Assembly (NCBI GenBank): GCA_964016885.1
Contig: OZ024742.1
Location: 271,374,001 to 271,438,000, forward strand
Direction: 5' to 3'
Origin: Eledone cirrhosa
Lineage: Eukaryota
DNA: 64,000 nucleotides
Shown here: piece after piece, positions 31,317 through 45,571 of the stretch
How the letters are laid out: each line of letters opens with the position of its first letter
Position numbering within the stretch: the stretch's first letter is position 1
Translations under genes and position numbers: made by a program
Notes under the pieces: generated by a model
What the model was told of the DNA's origin: nothing
Databases searched by the model: none
Seen by the model: the letters and a program-made list of their open reading frames with translations, nothing else

Positions 31317-31908
31317 TACATATTTCATGTTGGTTTAAATATATTAATAAGTAGTTCATCTTTGTTCATTCTTTGATCCTTTCACATTTTAAAATCTCTC
31401 CCCTTTATAAGTGCTCAGATTCTTAAAAAAAACAACGATGAATAAATTAAGAACAAATATTTATTAACAGATTTAAACCAAAATTAAATATGTAATCACC
31501 CCCAATAGAAAGGATTAGCAATTTTGAATTCAAGTAATTACTTACTTTCTTTTACCAAGGTCAACACGATGCGCATAGACAAACAATCTAATACACAAAA
31601 TCAGTTTTATTGTCGTACAAACAAAGGTAAACGCAACCGCAATCCATTCATGTACACACACATAAATATAAATACTCAAAAACATAACAATAAAGCTAAA
31701 TTTAACTATATACACGTTAAGCGAACTGAAATAATGAATGTCCAATATGAATATGTAATATATGACACAACTCACCGCGTGAAAAATCTGAGTGTTGATT
31801 TTCACGCCCACTGTGATACACACACACACATGTGTATATTATATATATATCAGAATGGTGGCATTAAAAACCAGTGAGAACATTACTGAGTACTCTATAC
31901 TTGGGTAA

Positions 31909-32021
31909 TATGAAAACTTCGGGAGCGCGACGGCTTAGCTCCGGCCATTTCAACAGTTAGATCCGAATTGTTAGAATCTAGCAGTTGCATCGGCCGGAGC
32001 TCAGCTGTCAGTTCCCGTATG

Positions 32022-32029
<8 letters not shown>
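31909..32029. other. Isolated ~120-nt GC-rich imperfect hairpin
   Basis: TATGAAA/TTTCATA, CGGGAGC/GTTCCCG, GACGGCT/AGCTGTC, AGCTCCGGCC/GGCCGGAGCT. Confidence 0.7.
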
Positions 32030-32059
<30 letters not shown>

Positions 32060-32679
32060 ATATATAGAGTGACAGATCACTGGTGGGTTACAGGCGCAGT
32101 AGTAGAACACACAGTCCACGTGACGATTTTGATAGTAGTCCCACAACAGTTATTAAACCATTCCGAGGATAAATTGTTTCATCTTTACGGATCATCAACT
32201 CGGTTTAAATGGGTTGAATCCGGAAAAGGTAGCCCATATAGCGACAACACGTGCGCAGAAGATATTCTCAAAGGGAAAACAACTCACTTTATATCGACGA
32301 GAGGGGAGCAGGTGAGAAAGATTAGAATACAGGATGTTACACAAAATAGTCCGAAAGCTACTCAGGAGCTTTGAAATTACATAATAGTTGCTTGGCTACA
32401 TGAGAACAACACGTGTTGAACTCAGCCCTCGTATTCAATCAATCACTGTAACGCAATCTCCTCAAGACAGAATTTACATCTTGAATGGGAACCTGGGAGT
32501 GGTTTAAAGAATTTGGGTTGCAGTTGACTCATGTACCTCAATAATTTGGAACCACCCAACAGTTTAAGGCCACATGGGAATTGCACCTGCCTACATGCGC
32601 GTTGTCAGTGTAGGCCCACTCTCACGGGCCAGCTCTCGCAACATTCACCCACTTTTTAGAAAATGTATAGGGGCAGCAC

Positions 32680-35600
32680 TTCACATTCTACCGTCACTTT
32701 CATTTCCAAGTGAAACTTGAAATAGCTGATGAGGAATTGGCCAAATGAAGGCTGTGTGTCGATCGTTACTATGGAGTCGGCCGATAGATGGATACGTTCT
32801 AAACGTGACAAGAGCGGATCCACATAACTTCACAAGCCAGTAATGCAGGGAAACTGGATGAATGCATGCAGAAGCATTTGTCGCGCTGCACGCAGGTAAG
32901 GCAGGTCCGTCTGACAGCACTTCCCTGCTTGAAGGGTTTATCTCGAACCAGCAGTACACGCGGTAGCACTGCCAAGCGAGGGACTTCAGGAAGTTGTCCA
33001 TCGTCCCCTGCTCGAAAGTCCTCCAGATCAGATGGTCAGTCCGACTTCGTCGACAACCACAGCCTCTGCGAGTTTTTCATCACACTTGCCAACCACTAAT
33101 CCTTTATAGGAGTCTAGAGTGGAAGTACGACTTACCGCATTGGCCACCTGGTAGAGGCCAGTGAGTGCCTGGAAACATTCCAGATGTCAATCACCCAGTC
33201 ACAGTCTCTTCTTGACCTAGGCCTGCAGCTCAGTCAAAAAGACAAGCTGCGGAGAGGTCCGTCGCACAGACGGTAATCACACATATTCATCATTCAGGCA
33301 GAATATTTGGAGATCCTGCAGCCTCAGTGGTTGTCTGTGCATCATTAGCCTCGGCATGCCCAACTGTCTGCATATAGGGTGTAAGCAGCAAATAGACTTG
33401 TTCACTCGACAAGAAGTTGAAGGGGATCTGTTCCAACTTGTCGAGGCACGGAGGGGAGTGAAGCACAACGGTCAGGCGGTAATGGATGACGGATGCGATG
33501 TACGCAATAACCGCCTCCACCCGACAGCACATATATGGGTGAGACTGGCTTCCCTTATCGTCACCTCGTCACAAATCTCATCCAACGGCAGGTCTCATCT
33601 GGGCCAGCCCCGAGGAACTTTACAGTCCGTCGGTCCAGTGTCTGACTACGCTGTTGGATGGCATGCACTTAATTGTCCAGGAGCCGAGGCGACGTTTCCG
33701 GGTTATATTTCGCTTCCGTCAACCTTTCCTATTCCTCCAATAAATTGCCGAACACCTCAATTTCCAAGGTGTCCGACACCATCGCGGTACTCTCGTACGA
33801 TAAGCCGATACAGCCCTTCTTCCTCCCGGTTCGAGCGAGATGCCCCGCAACAGCCCCAGCTTCCGCGGTAAAAGCTCGACAGTCAATACGTATAGAAGGA
33901 AGAAGAGAGTGAACGCATGACAGACTGCTCGGCTGATCTGACCAAATCCTTGACAACAAGCGCCAACCTCTTTGCTAACACCTTGGCCAAAATCTTAAAG
34001 TCTGTTGAGCAGAATTATGGGCCTGAAGTTATCCCATATATCTATTTTGTTTTCGTCTTTCTTTATCAGGGTCACTGCGCCCCGGCTCAGATAACTGATT
34101 GCAAGTTGCAGTAAAACGTTTCGAGGAGATCCTAGAACAAGTCTAGCATATCTAACTAAATCCGTAGGGCAGATCTTCCAAACTGGGTGAACTTTGCCTC
34201 GTGCAGTGGACAAGAGCATCCTAAATTTCTGTCGAAGTTATCGGCGTTTTACAGCGCTCAGTGTTGGCCGTCGGGAGCCGTGGTAAACCGGTGAGGTAGG
34301 GACTGATGTCCACTACTGTCTATGACCCGTCCATACTCCCTAACAACCGAGCAAATTTCTGATGATGGGCCTCACATATTGGGCGTAATTCCTCAGCTCC
34401 TGTCCTTATCGATCCGTCAAAGTCTGAATTGGTGAATTATAAGTACGATGTGCATACACCACGCGGGCCGATCGAACAGCTCTGGTTCCCTCGTTTCTCA
34501 GAGTCCGTGCATTAGTTCTGGACATAGCAACCTTCGTGCTTTGCATTGATAAAATTGTCTAACGCCGTTTTCCCCGCTAGCAAGTCAGTTGCAATGCCAC
34601 TACCCCTCCTTTCTATTTTCCTCTAACGGTACTTATTTGCTATACCTTATCGAAATTACGCTAATCTCTTTTGTGAAAGCCCCCACTACCTGTTATTTAC
34701 GACCCTCCTCTGCCAACTTTTGCTTAACTAAATTATTGACCCAGTCCCTGTAAGCCTTACTTGCGGAAAACGACATGTTTAGCTTCCAGTTACCAGGTCC
34801 TAACCTACACGTGTTATCTATGTCGACCATTTGTGATCACAAACTTTTAATTGAATAGGCAATCGTTTGGAAGGTGGACAGCCTACACTATCCCTGTCTA
34901 TATTCCTAATGAGAATTATGTTTATATACGATCTAGATGAACATTGAGTTTGGTCTAAGTCTACACTGGCGCATTTGGGAAATCTAGATGGAGCCTATCA
35001 GACAGTTGGCACTGGCTGATCAGGAACTTGAGGCTTTTACACCCGTCGCTCCTATCCGCTATTACGCCGCCCGTTGCTCATATCCGCTAGTCCTACACCA
35101 TCCCAGCGTGCGTCTGCGATACCGTTCAAGGCCTCCGTTAACAGTAAAGTGTAAGTCTTACACAGAAAGGCTTCCAGGCGTCTAAAGACGTCCAGCCATC
35201 CGACACCGTGGGTGCGTAGACGGCCACCAAATTAAAGGCATTACTTTCGCTATTGTTCCCGTCCAGGAACATAAACTTACCGTCTGGGTCCGGCAGGATC
35301 GACCTTACTTCGAGATCTAGGCCTTTCTTAAACAGCACTGCCACACCACCTCTCATTCCCAGCGTACTAACAGATGCGAAGATCTCATAGATCGTGCATG
35401 TTGGAATTCCAGGTCTCGCAGACGGCAATTAAATTGATGTCTGGAGACTGATGTCGATGAGCAGGTGACCCCGCTTCTAGGGCGATCCCAAGCCACGATA
35501 ATTTATACGTCCTACACTTAATATGATCATGTCGGCAGTCTAAAAGAGCGAGGACATGTCTACTTACCTCCCGGGGTGTTGTGGATGTTGAGTGGTTTGA

Positions 35601-37669
35601 ATTCCATAGTTGTTGGTGTTTCTTTTGGGAACCCTTTTAAAAGACTCGATGTGGGTTTCACGTTGGAGGTTCCCACGTCGCGATAGAAGTTCTCTCGAAT
35701 TCTTTTGTAGGAATCGAGTTTCATTCGCACTAGAAACATATCTTTTGTCACACAAGAAACTTTCCCCTCTGTTTGGATTTCTTCACTTCGTGCTACCAGG
35801 GCCATCAATTTCTCGTTCGCTCTTCTGACAAGCACGAACTTTATTTTATCTTTTGTTGGTACGAATGTATCTATAATCGTTTAGCTGATCGTGGTGGTGG
35901 TGGTTTTGTTGGTGTTGTTTTGGGTCTGTCTGCGTTTGTTGTGTGTGTGGAGTTTGCAATTTCAGATGTCTATGTGATTATTTGTTTTTGTGTCTGTTCA
36001 GGTCGTTTGCTTTTAGGGGATTGTAGGGATGGTGGTGGTGATGTTGGTGTTGTTAGGGAGTTTCCATTTTTTCTTGTGAATGTGTTTGTGCTTTGTGGGG
36101 AGCTTTTACTTTATGTGTTTTCTTTTTTCTTTTGGTTTTGATTTGGGTTTTCTCTTATCTTCACCACTGGAAGATGAGGGATCTGAGGCTGTATGTTTGT
36201 CCAAGTCTGTGTGTGCGTTTATGTTTTTGTCCATGTATGTATTTTTGTTGGGAGAGGGAATGTAAGAGCACTCCTCGTTCCCTCCATGGGTGGTGGCGTT
36301 TCCGTTGGTGTTGTTGCTGGAGTGAATGTCTTCACACCGGCGTCGTCACCAGCAGAGCCTTTCGACCCCTTGCACCTTTTAGCAGTTGAGAGAAGAATTC
36401 TCGCAAATGCATTGTTTCCTCACAAGCGAATCAATGCGGCCTTTTACCCTCTGTCATTATATCTAACACATTGAGGCGTATGTGGTCCGGTATTCTTTTT
36501 ACATCCTCCGACCTGATCTGGAGAACTATCTCCACGTCATCCCCGGAGCAGTCCTCCCTGGCAGTTCTTGTAACCTCTATTGGGATGGTATCCGTCCCTT
36601 CCACGATCACGCACACAGGAGCCACCACATGCCTAGTCCTGGTGGAATCCCGGGAATGCAGACACGAGCAGTTTTTTTTTTCTAATGTGGGAAGGGTACA
36701 TAATGACGTTGTTGGTTTTGTAAGGGGTCATCGCATGTTTCATATCGAAGGCCTCTGATTTAAACCGCACCGAAATGAGCCGTATTATCTGCCGCTCGTT
36801 ATGTACTCGGTGTCATCACAGATGCATCTAAGCGCAGCTTCAATATCTGTCCGGGCAATTAAAGCCGTCATCGTTGTCTCTGCTGAAATGCATCTGAAAT
36901 GAACCACTTCTTGATTGGTTTCTGCCGTGACAGTTGAGTTGGTAAGTCTTGCTCTTTTTCGATGAGCTTCCAGGCCTGGACCACCTTTTCATCTTTATTC
37001 GCGAGGTCATTGCTGAAGCATGGCCTCTTTTTGGCTGTTGCCGAAGCAAACGTGTTCTTGTTGTTGGTAAAGTCCTTTTTGTTGTTGTTGGAGTTGGTAT
37101 TGTTGTTGTTGTCCTTGTTGGTGTTGTTGCTGTTATCGTTGTTGGAGTTGGTTTTATATTTGGTGCCGGTGTGTTCACGGTGCAGTTGGTATTGTTGTTG
37201 TTAGTAATGTTGCTGTTCATATTCCTGTCGTCTGTATTTCGGTTGTCGCTGTTAATGCTGTGGTTGGTGTTGTCATTTATCTTTTTTTAAGTTTAGTATT
37301 GCGATTTTTTAAAGGTTAGTGTTGTCATTGTTGATGCCGTTGTTTATGTTGTTAGTGGTGCTGTTGTTAAATGTGTTTATAGTAAAACTGTTTACAGTAT
37401 CCATCCTCTCAACGTTTAAGCCAGTGTCAAATGACGGTGAACTTACAGTTGGAGGGGGGGGGGCTCAGCCTTGAAGTTTTTTCTCGATAAATTAGTTTTA
37501 CACAAAGTTAAAATCTTTAGGCACAAATAGTATAGCGCTTCCCCTTCACAGGGCACAGAAATAAGTTTTACGACCCCTTAGCAACTACAATTAGCAAATA
37601 CAAATTAAGAAAACTTTAATTCAGTATCTGACTGAGCTTCCAAATACGCGTTTACTATTGACCACGACC
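32680..37669 (-). mobile_element. Tx1/L1-type LINE, degraded, with ORF1 (CCHC knuckle) and ORF2 (APE-RT)
   Basis: EGKRPH zinc-knuckle region; GGVAVLFKK; AVYAP; GYWKLN-like motif; NFRPIILLN; DNFLKSLAWQCYR. Confidence 0.88.
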
Positions 37670-37684
37670 AATAATAATAATTAT

Positions 37685-37830
37685 GGGGTCTACTATAGGT
37701 ACATGGCCAACAATTTTAGTGTAGGGGAAAGTCGAATAAATCCACTCTAGTACTTATTAATACTTTATTTTATCAACAGCTTAAAGGTGAAAGGTAAATT
37801 TAACCTACGCGGAATTTGAACTTAGAAAGT
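37685..37830 (-). mobile_element. Diverged SINE copy
   Basis: TTTATTTTATCAACAG..AAAGGTGAAAGGTAAATTTAACCT..GGAATTTGAACT. Confidence 0.65.
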
Positions 37831-37934
37831 AAAGGGCCATATTTCTCTGGTGCGAAGCAGGGTGTCCGATGCACCAATAATAATAATAATAATAATAACC
37901 CTCTGTCATTATATCTAACACCGTCCCGGTATTG

Positions 37935-39405
37935 AAATCACATCTAAATAGTAGGAATGTCATAAATGCAGTAAATTCCCGAGCTGTGTCTATAATTAGG
38001 TACAGTGCGGGAATTCTGAGATGGAATGTTGCCGAACAGAAAGAAATGGAAAGGAAGCCTAGGAATATATTGATATCTACAACATGTTCCACAAGAGGAA
38101 TGATGTTGATAGACTCTACTTAAAGAGATCTGAGGGTTGTATTCAGATGGAGAATAACAACATACACAAATATGTGACTGAGAGTAGGAAGCCAATGCTC
38201 AACATTGTACTGAAGGAGGGGACAATTGACCATGGGATGTCCAAGGAGGAAATAACAACAAGGAGGAAGAGCAACCTTCATGAAAATCCCTTCATAGCAC
38301 CTTCTTTAAGGAAACAGAATTTAGAGATCCACAGACATGGAACTGAGACGTGGAAAAGAGGAGCCCTTAAAAAAGCTACAGAAGGAATGCTAATGGCTGC
38401 GCAAGAGCAAGCCCTCAGAACCATATTGACAAGAAGGAGAATAGCTCACTGTGTAGGATCTGTGGGGAGAGAGAAGAGACTGTGGCTCACATCGTATCCG
38501 ACTGTAAACACCTAACCCAGTCTCACTATAAAGGCTGGAGACATGATGTGGTAGGCAATGTGATCCACTGGCACCTATGCAAAGTAAACAATTTACCACA
38601 TTCTGAGAAGGATGAAGAACACCTTTAAGAAAACCGAATTTAGAGATAAACAGAGGAGATCTTTAAAAAGCTACAGAAGGAATGCTAATGGCTGGTCAAG
38701 AGCAAGCCCTCGTAACGAGTGTGGGTGAAACATCGTATTGACAAGGAGGAGGCTACATCACTTTTTAGGATCTGTGGCGAGAGAGGGGCGGCTCACATAG
38801 TATCCGATTGTAAACACCTAGCCCAGACTCACTATAGAGGCTGGAGACATGATGTGGCAGGCAGGATGATACGCTGGCATCTATGCAAAGTAAACAATTT
38901 ACCACATTCTGAGAAGTGGTAGGAGCATAAGCCAGAGTCGGTGATAGAAAACGATCAGGTGAAGGTGCTATGGGATTTTAGGATACAGACGGACAAGAAA
39001 TTAGAAAACAATAAGCCTGTCCTAGGGGTTTGGGACAAGGAAAAAACATCGTGCTTGATTGTTGATGTAGCCTGCCTATTTGACACGAGAGTGCAAGAAA
39101 ATGAGAGGGAGAACATTAACCGATACCAGGATTTAAGGTGGGAGTTAAAAAAGATTTGGAACTGCCATGAAATCAAGGTCATCCCGATTATCATAAGCCC
39201 AGTAGGTACTATCTCAAAGAGTTGCCAAGGATGGTTAAAGAAGATTAGTCCAGCCCCGCTTTTTGGAACACTTCAAAAGGCATGCTTGCTGGGAACAGCA
39301 ATAACCGTACGATGTCCTGAATGTCTGAGGCTGCAGGTAGCGGCTTGATATTCATTTCAACAAACTTTCCAATTAAATAACATCAATGACTGAGACTCAA
39401 AGAAC

Positions 39406-39465
<60 letters not shown>
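37935..39465 (+). mobile_element. R4/Dong-type LINE, 5'-truncated, with internal duplication and (AAT)n tail
   Basis: Same family as 11548-12745; WDFRIQTDKK...IVDVACLFD...RYQDL; ~38300-38610 repeated at ~38620-38920. Confidence 0.9.
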
Positions 39466-39467
<2 letters not shown>

Positions 39468-42400
39468 TTTCTTTATTGGCCACAAGGTCTGACATCAAGA
39501 AAAACATTACAGCCGGCAGAGGACGGTACAGGATGGTACGATGTGGGTTTGTTCGTGTAAAGATTTTTATTATTTATATAAGAAAAGGAAAAGAAAAAGA
39601 CATAGAAACATATATATATATAAAACTGAGGATGTCTGTCTGTGTGTGTGTGAAAATTGAAACAATGAAAAATTCCCCAATAGGGGGAAACCTCCGAGGG
39701 TTACTCGTGGCGAAAACGACACAAAAGACCACGACCACTCTGACCATCAGGTCAAGCGCCCTCTCTCAATTTTTCTATTTCTCAAAATACAGGCGTATAT
39801 TCCGAGCGGTCCTGTTCACTCTCACCATTCTCGCTACATTCACCCACCTTTCAACAAACTTGCTAGAAGGCAGCACTTGCCTCTCCACCCTGATTTTCCT
39901 CTTAAAGTCAAACTTGAAAAAGTTAAATAGGGATTCGGCGACGAGGAAAGTGTCTATCTTTAACCCTTTCAAACTTGTCCACCACACAATCTCTTTCGCC
40001 ATGGCCACCAGGCAGGTGAAAGCCGCCTGCCCGCTTCATCGAAGAAAGATGGTGGGACCATCTGGAAAATGGACTCAGTCGATAACCCGATCATTCCTAC
40101 AGGCGACAGAAACTGTTCGACATAGCTCCACAAGTCAGCAATGCTCGGGCACTGAACGAGTGCGTGCACGACCGTTTCGTCGCTCTGCACGCATCTCGCA
40201 CAGGTCGGCTGACGGCACTTCCGTGCCTGTAGAGCTTATCTCAAACCGGCAACGCTCCCCGGTATCACTGCCAGGCCAGCGATTTTTGGAAGTTATCCAT
40301 AGGCCCTTGGCTGAAAGTTCTCCGGAAGAGAGCAAACAGCTGATCTTCTTCGACGCCATGGATCACTCCGAGAACGTCGTCGTTCTTCCCCTCCACTAGT
40401 CATCTATATAACGCCGAGGTGGATGTCCCACCGATACAGGTGCCCAGCTGGCAGAGGAAGGTGAGCGCCTGGAGAAATTCCAGTTTCCTCGCGCTATCCC
40501 TCGGTCTTTTGCTGACGCGGGACTGCAACTCCGTCGAGGAGACGAGCTGTGGGAAAACGTGCCTGGCGAACGGCGACCACACCTGTTCACCTTCAAGAAA
40601 GCACCAGAGATGTCGCAGCCTCAGCGCATGTGCCGAGTATTTGGACGTGACTTATGCTCGACAGTACGAAGATGACGTCGTCGGCGAAAGCCGACTTGAA
40701 TTTCTCGCATCGTAGTTCGTGTCGGACGCCCCTCATCGCCCCCAGTTTGTGCAATAACGGCTCGTGAGCCAATACGTACGAGAAGGACGAGAGGGGACAA
40801 CTCTGGCGGACCGAGCGTATGATACTGAACGGCTGCGACAGGTGACCGTTCACCCTCACAATTGAGCAGTTGTCGCTGTACATCGCAGCGATCCAGCCCC
40901 TGAAAACGGGCCCGAATCCGGCTGCCTCGAGCACCGTCGCCAGATACAGATATTCCACCCTATCGAATACTTTGGATTGATCCAAGTTGATCAGGGTCCC
41001 ACCCGTGCCAGGTTCCTTAACTACCCTCTATATGTTGTATCGCATGAGGTACGGTTGTCGTGTATGGATCTGTCCGGAATTGGCGCATGTCTGCGCCTCT
41101 CCCACCAGAGCTCCGACAACAAGCGCCGTGGTGCGGTTGTCGGGAGCCGAGGCAGTCCGTCGAGGTATGCACTGAAGTCCATACCCCGATCCGGCCCGCT
41201 ACTACTCCCGAACTGTTCAGCAAAGTGCTGCTGAAGAGCCTCACATATCTGCTCGCGTTCGAGCACCACACGCCCGGTTTGGTCAGATAAAGACCGAATT
41301 GTGGCTTTGTTGCCACGTCGCGCCTCTGCCACTCGGGCTCGTTGGACGGTTTTTGTCCCCTCGTGTTTCAGAGCACGCGCTCTACTTCTGACAACGCAAT
41401 CTTCGTGTTTTTCGTTGAAGAATTGGTTGAGTGCCAATCTCGCCGCAAACACGTCGGTTGCGATGCCTGTCCTAAACGCCTCTTCTAGTTTTCTACTAGC
41501 TCTCCCTCTATTCTATTTTCCTCTATCACTAGTCCTTTGCTAAACCTAATCGACTCTACTTTAATTCCCCTTTTCAGGGCGAACCAGCACCTGTTGTCGA
41601 CGACCGCTCCCGCCAAAGCCCGCTTAACTAATACGCTAATCCGATCTCTGCAGGCTTTGCGCGCCGGGAAAGATGCATTCAGCTTCCACTAACCGGGTCC
41701 TTTTCTATGAAGTTTGTCTATGTCGATCTCACACAACACGAATTTGTGGTCTGTGTAGTCGACTATTTTAAATTGTGGAGAATCTTATCTGGTTATCTGC
41801 AGAATACCCTATCGAGATACGATCCGGATGACCCGCTGCCGTTTGTCCATTTCCACATTTGTACAATCCGGTGATCCAGTCGATACCTGTCAGACAGTTC
41901 AAAACGTCTGAGCAGGTTGGTGAGGCTCTTGCACCCTCCTCCCCTATCCACTAGCCCCACACGATCCCAGCGATCATCAAAGATACCGTTCCAGTCGCCC
42001 ACTAACACTAAAGAGCGTGATGTTCCAAGAAAGGTCTCTAGGCGTCTGAAGAGATCTAGCCGTCCTGCCTCAGTTGGGGCATAGACGGCTACTACCCTGA
42101 AAGCATTGCCTACGCTGCCGGTCACGTCCAGCACTACCGTTTTACCTTCTGTGTCCAGCAAGATGGCCCGTATGGCGAGATCCAAGCCTCTCCGAAAAAG
42201 GACTTCAACCCCTCCCCCGATCCTGGACTGTTGGGAGATGCGTATACATCGTAGCCACCGAAGATCGGTGCGAAGGCTCGTACTTCGGAGATTCTGGTCT
42301 CACTGATGGACACCACATCTGTTTAGTGATCTGAGGTCGTTGAGCAGGGACCCTTCTTCCAAGATGATCCCAGGTCACGTGCATTTATACTGCCTATTCT

Positions 42401-44632
42401 AAGCACGGCCATGTCGGATGAAAAACTGAGCAAGTGAGAAAGGGTCACTTACCTTGATCGTGTGGTGAAGGCACAGTAGAACCGTCCCTTTGGCTGGTCA
42501 TGGGGGTTTCCAAAAGGATGTCAGTATTTATCCTCTTGGTAACTGACCCTCAGAAATCTCCAACTGCATTGGGGCATTTTTGTTTTAAAAGTTTGTACTG
42601 TTCTATTTTGATATCAATGATGCTTATGTTTGTCGGGAGAGTTATTGGTATTGGTGGGGTGTAGTAGTTTTTTTTCAGTAATGTATGTGTGCTGCTTTAT
42701 ATATTGTATGAGTTCTTTAATTGTCATGTTTATGACTATGTACTTTTTGAGGGGAGGGGTGATTTTGTTGCTGTTTTCTTCTTGTTGCTGTTCGGTGTGT
42801 ATATTTTGATTTGTTTGTGCTGTTAGTGTTTTTGGTGATGCTGGTGGTGGTGTGGTTGTTGGTGGTGATGCTTTTGGAGGCGATGATGACAATGGTGGTG
42901 TTGCTGCAAGTCTCCTTGCAGCCTTTACTCCTATTTGTGTGCCTTCGGTTTTGGAGGGTAAAGTTAAGGTTTTTTTTTCTTTTTTGTTATTTGTGGCAGA
43001 CCTCTTGCCACTTAACTCATGCCTCAGACTGCATGTCGGATTCCGTGGCGTCTGGGAGGGATATGTGCTCCACGTCTGTTGGTGGTGGTAGTGGAGCCCT
43101 CTCCGGCAATTTAGCTACTGGTTCAGCTACTGCAAATGTAGCTACTGGTGTTACCGTCACTGATGCTGCTGCTTTAGTTGTCCGTGCCCTTGGTACGGCT
43201 GCCACGGACGTTGCCCGCCTACTCATCGTGGAAGAGGCTTCTGCGTTTATTGCCTGCCCTCTTCTTGGTAGCAGTGGACCAGGTATTAGAAGGAGAGGGG
43301 CCTTCTTCTTCGCTGTCTTCTGCGGGAAAAAGGCCCTGAGGTGACCCTTTGTCCCACAGAGATAGCATTTTGGCCGTCTTCCTTCTACGCTTATAGGGAG
43401 TTTGAGTCCTCCCTCGATTTCTATGATATTGGGGATAGCGTCGATATATTCCTGGTCAGTTTGTATACGCATTTGCATGCTTATACCTGACCAGTTCTCT
43501 CTCCCTATTTTCTCTACTTGTAGCATGGTCGTCCTGTCCAGCAAGTACAGACGCGGCCAGCCAAGGTATGGGCACATCGAGTGGGACCTGGGTCAATTTG
43601 ACCCTCGCAATTTTCTGCCCGCTGTAGGAGGGCACCAAGACTATCTCCTCACTTTTCAGGGTTTCCAAAGTGTAAGACTTCGCTTCTTGGATGGTGGCGA
43701 AAAGTACGTCTGCTGTGGAGCACTTTCTGCCTCGGGTGATGTGGGTTTTGAGCCTCCAGGGCTCTCTCCACCCGATGTGACATTTTGCTTACGGTGCGGT
43801 AATTTACTGTCCGTAGCTGCTGGTCCATGAAAAAATCGGGTGGAGATTTCAAGGAAACTCTATTGGCGTTTCTTTTCACCATGGCCCTTGCGACTACCAT
43901 CTCCTCCTCTGTGACTAACACCGTTTCGATATTTCGGGCGATAAATGCAAAAGAAGTGGTCCCTTTTTCAGCAGCACCACTATTGCTGCCGCTACTGGTC
44001 TTGCTGGTGGTGCTGAGATCGCTGTTACAGGTATCGATGTCATTGTTGATGTTTTCGTTGGAACTGTTGTTGCTGTTGATGTTGTTGTTTTTGTTGATAC
44101 TGTTCCTACTATTAGTGTTGTTGTGGCTGTTGTTATTGTCATTGTTATTGTCGTTCTCGACCTTACCGCTGTTATTTTCATTGTTGCTGTTGTTATTGAT
44201 GCTGTTGCTGTTGGTGTTATTGTTGGTGTTGTTTGTGTTAGAAATGTTTGATAATTTTAAATCTGTAACAATATCATTAAAAATGCTATTGTTCCTCTTT
44301 TCCTTCGTAATATTTTCTTTTACCTTCGCTAGAACGCTGTCTTGTTGATATGTTGACAAAGTCTCCCTCTCTCTCTGTGTTGTCTGACAACGCCCTCTCT
44401 CTTTCTTGTGTGATACATGTTGAAAGAAATCTTTTTTTTTTAAATAATATTTTTACACAATACGACACCCCGTAAAGGGGTGCATTATTATTTACGAGTG
44501 AACCCCTGTATTAGGTGGGTCATTTCTTCTAAACCTTTATCAAGTTTAAAACTTGAATAAAAGGTTTAGAACGGTTGAATAGGAGGTGAACTGTTGAAAA
44601 AAAACTAGAGTCGATAAGAAGCGTAGCTTCAT
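39466..44632 (-). mobile_element. Tx1/L1-type LINE, near full length and degraded
   Basis: Asn-rich ORF1 N-terminus; VEGRRPKCYLCGTKGHLR; ORF2 from ATG 42412 with VVAVYAP, VGDWN, YLDRV, DQSKVFDRV, VRQSCPLS, FADDV, ETVVHALVQCP; AATAAA before the tail. Confidence 0.93.
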
Positions 44633-44633
44633 C

Positions 44634-44687
<54 letters not shown>

Positions 44688-44688
<1 letters not shown>

Positions 44689-45560
44689 CTTTCTTTGTTA
44701 ACCACAAGGGTTTACACAAAGTAGACATTAAGGAGAGTACAGAACTATACGGGACGGTACAAATGGGCATTTCTGCGTGTAAAAAAACAGAGGATGTAAT
44801 AAAAGAGCAATGACAAATTCCCCAATAGTGGGGAGACTTCCGAGGCCATCGTGGAGAAAGCCCATTTAAAAAAAAGCCACGGTGACCCTGACCACCAGGG
44901 CAATTGTCCTCTCCCAGATTTCCACCTTCAATTTACAGGTATATACTCAGAGTAGATCCATTCACTCGGGCCATTCTTGCCTCTCTCACCCATCTTTCAA
45001 CAAAAAGCTGTGAAGAGAGCACCTCCCTCTCTACCCTGATTTTCCTTTTCAAATGAAATTGGAAAAGGTTAATCAGGGCATCACCGATTAGGTAAGTGCT
45101 CGTCTTCAGCCCTTTCAGACGCGTCCATCATACTATCTATCTTGCCATGGCCACCAGACAGATAAAAACTGCCTGCCCTTCCCGGATAAAGGAAGAGGGC
45201 GGGGAAATCCTCACGATGGACTCAGCTGATAGCTGGATCCGTCCTACAAGCGACAGCAAGTGTTCGACATAAACCCATAAGGTAGCAATGTTCTGACACT
45301 GGACAAATGCATGCAGGAGGGTTTCGTTGCTCTGCGCGCATCTCGGACATGCCCAGCTGACGGCCCCTCCATGCCTGTAGAGTTTATCCCGAACTGGCAA
45401 AGCTCCTCCGTAGCATGGCCAGGCCAGGGATTTCTGGAAGTTGTCCATAGGCCTCGGCCCGAAAGTTCTTCCGAAGAGATCAGTTAGTTGATTTTCGTCG
45501 ACGCCTAGAGTTTCCTCAAGTACGTCGTCGCTCTTCCCCTCCACTAATCCTCTATAGAAC
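44688..45560 (-). mobile_element. Tx1-type LINE 3' fragment
   Basis: DNFQKSLAW..ALPVRDKLYRHG...CPRCAQSNETLLHAFVQC. Confidence 0.9.
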
Positions 45561-45571
45561 GATAATAATAA

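Noticed and set aside
39608-39652. Helitron-like 5' snippet inside the Tx1 3' UTR
   Set aside because: Too short and low-complexity to call
39386-40399. Longest ORF, 337 aa on the plus strand
   Set aside because: Antisense to Tx1 ORF2/3' UTR and starts in an (AAT)n tail; no recognisable domain
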